Below, piece after piece: positions 62,799-64,000 of a stretch of 64,000 nucleotides of DNA. The translations under genes and the position numbers were made by a program. Below the pieces are notes generated by a model, which was not told where the DNA came from, did not search any database, and was given only the letters and a program-made list of their open reading frames with translations. Position 1 is the stretch's first letter; every line of letters starts with the position of its first letter. The DNA comes from Podarcis erhardii (lineage: Eukaryota), in NCBI GenBank assembly GCA_964252035.1, contig OZ176209.1, one strand, 5' to 3'.

Positions 62799-63414
62799 CT
62801 TTACTGGCGGGGGAGGGAAATAGGGCAGCCGGCGAGCGTGTCCTTCCCCGGGTTCAAAAGGGGATGGGTTAGGCTGCTGACGAGGCGGTCACACTGTCGC
62901 CCAGGAAACAGTGATAGCGGTGGCATTTAAACCGGTTTATTCCACATCAGTCAGAGGGACTGAGCTGGTTTAACGTCAGCTAGTGGTTCGATTGAAATGC
63001 TCCCGGTTCGCTTATCCACCCCAGCCCGCTTCTTCCGGCACACATTCCTAGAGAGCGGGAGCCTGCATTTAAGAATCCCTCCCCTTTTCAAAAGGATGCA
63101 ACAGATTCCGATCATTTTAAGCACGGCCAGAGAGAGGGTCATGGAGGGATGGGGTAGGCAGTGCCATGAAGATTCATGATTCGTCGACTCTGATCGGCAA
63201 AAGCTTGTAACACAACAAAACCTGGCCCGGTGGCAAACAATATTCTTCGTTGTTCTGCTGTAACACTAACTCAGTTAACCCTCTGGGGATTTCCTAGCGG
63301 TAGTAATTCTTGTATGACACACAGATTCACCACTGAGACTTCTTCTCATATGCAACAATTACTAATTACTTAAAAATACGCACAGTATATTCAAGAGACG
63401 GGCTGTCACCCAGG

Positions 63415-63686
63415 CAGGGCCGTAGCTAGGGGGTGGTGAGGTGGGCCCCCCCCCCCCAGGGGCGCAGGCGATTGAGGGGCGCAAAATCGGCTTAAAAATA
63501 TGTCCATAAATATAAGTATCGATTATTGCCTCATAAGAAATGGTTTTAAACAGAGGGTGAATTCAGTGGGTGGGGTGCGGGGTTGGGGTTGGAGGAGAGG
63601 CGGAAAGAAGAGCTAATTTGTCCGTGGCTAGGGGCGCAATCTGGCTGGTTCTGCCAGGAGTGCAATATTACCTGTCTACAGCTCTG
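63415..63686. mobile_element. hAT (Tip100-like) non-autonomous element
   Basis: Perfect 8-bp TSD CACCCAGG at 63407-63414 and 63687-63694; ends CAGGGCCGTAG / CTACAGCTCTG. Confidence 0.8.
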
Positions 63687-64000
63687 CACCCAGGAGACGT
63701 TTTAACTGATATTGCTGTGCATTGCTCCCATTACAATATATTTACAGTACTGCTGATTTACAGTACTACTATATTTACAGTACTGGGGCTACATAGCTGG
63801 TTATGTTTGCACTGATGTAACTTTTAATTGTTTTACTTCAGGGTGCTTGCTGTGATGTATGGCTATTTTATGTTATTTTCGGTTTGTATTTATTGTTGCT
63901 AAACAACAGTTTTAACTGTGACCAGAGACAGATGCTCCTGGCGGTTTTTATAAGCACAAGAATATTTGGCTGTCTTCTGTAGCCTAAGGAATTTTAACAC

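Larger units (their letters stand above)
61975..62900. promoter_or_regulatory. CpG island / CNOT4 promoter
   Basis: Very GC- and CpG-rich segment spanning exon 1, in contrast to the CpG-depleted introns. Confidence 0.9.

Overview
Vertebrate (squamate, probably lacertid lizard) genomic DNA. It holds essentially the whole CNOT4 gene (NOT4 E3 ubiquitin ligase) on the minus strand. The CpG-island promoter and non-coding exon 1 lie at ~62.4-62.8 kb. Eleven coding exons with canonical GT-AG boundaries run from 46254 down to 10076 and join into a 2133-nt CDS (710 aa). The 3'UTR ends at ~9.0 kb. Intron 7 holds an extra in-frame 156-nt cassette exon (34882-35037; 762 aa if included), and several candidate stop-containing (poison) exons occur in introns 7 and 10. 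The first 4.3 kb appear to hold the last two exons of an unidentified plus-strand gene convergent with CNOT4. Introns are dense with squamate repeats: Sauria SINE, tRNA-derived SINEs, CR1 and L2 fragments, Tc1/mariner MITEs with TA target duplications and hAT MITEs with 8-bp target duplications. There is one assembly gap (40023-40209). No prokaryotic-type system (CRISPR, operon, phage) is present. The most interesting candidates are the alternative/poison-exon layer of CNOT4, a uORF arrangement in exon 1, a MITE family carrying a ZNF143-like motif that matches the CNOT4 promoter site, and the unidentified neighbouring gene. Exon numbering and family names come from my recollection of vertebrate CNOT4 and squamate repeats; no database search was run.
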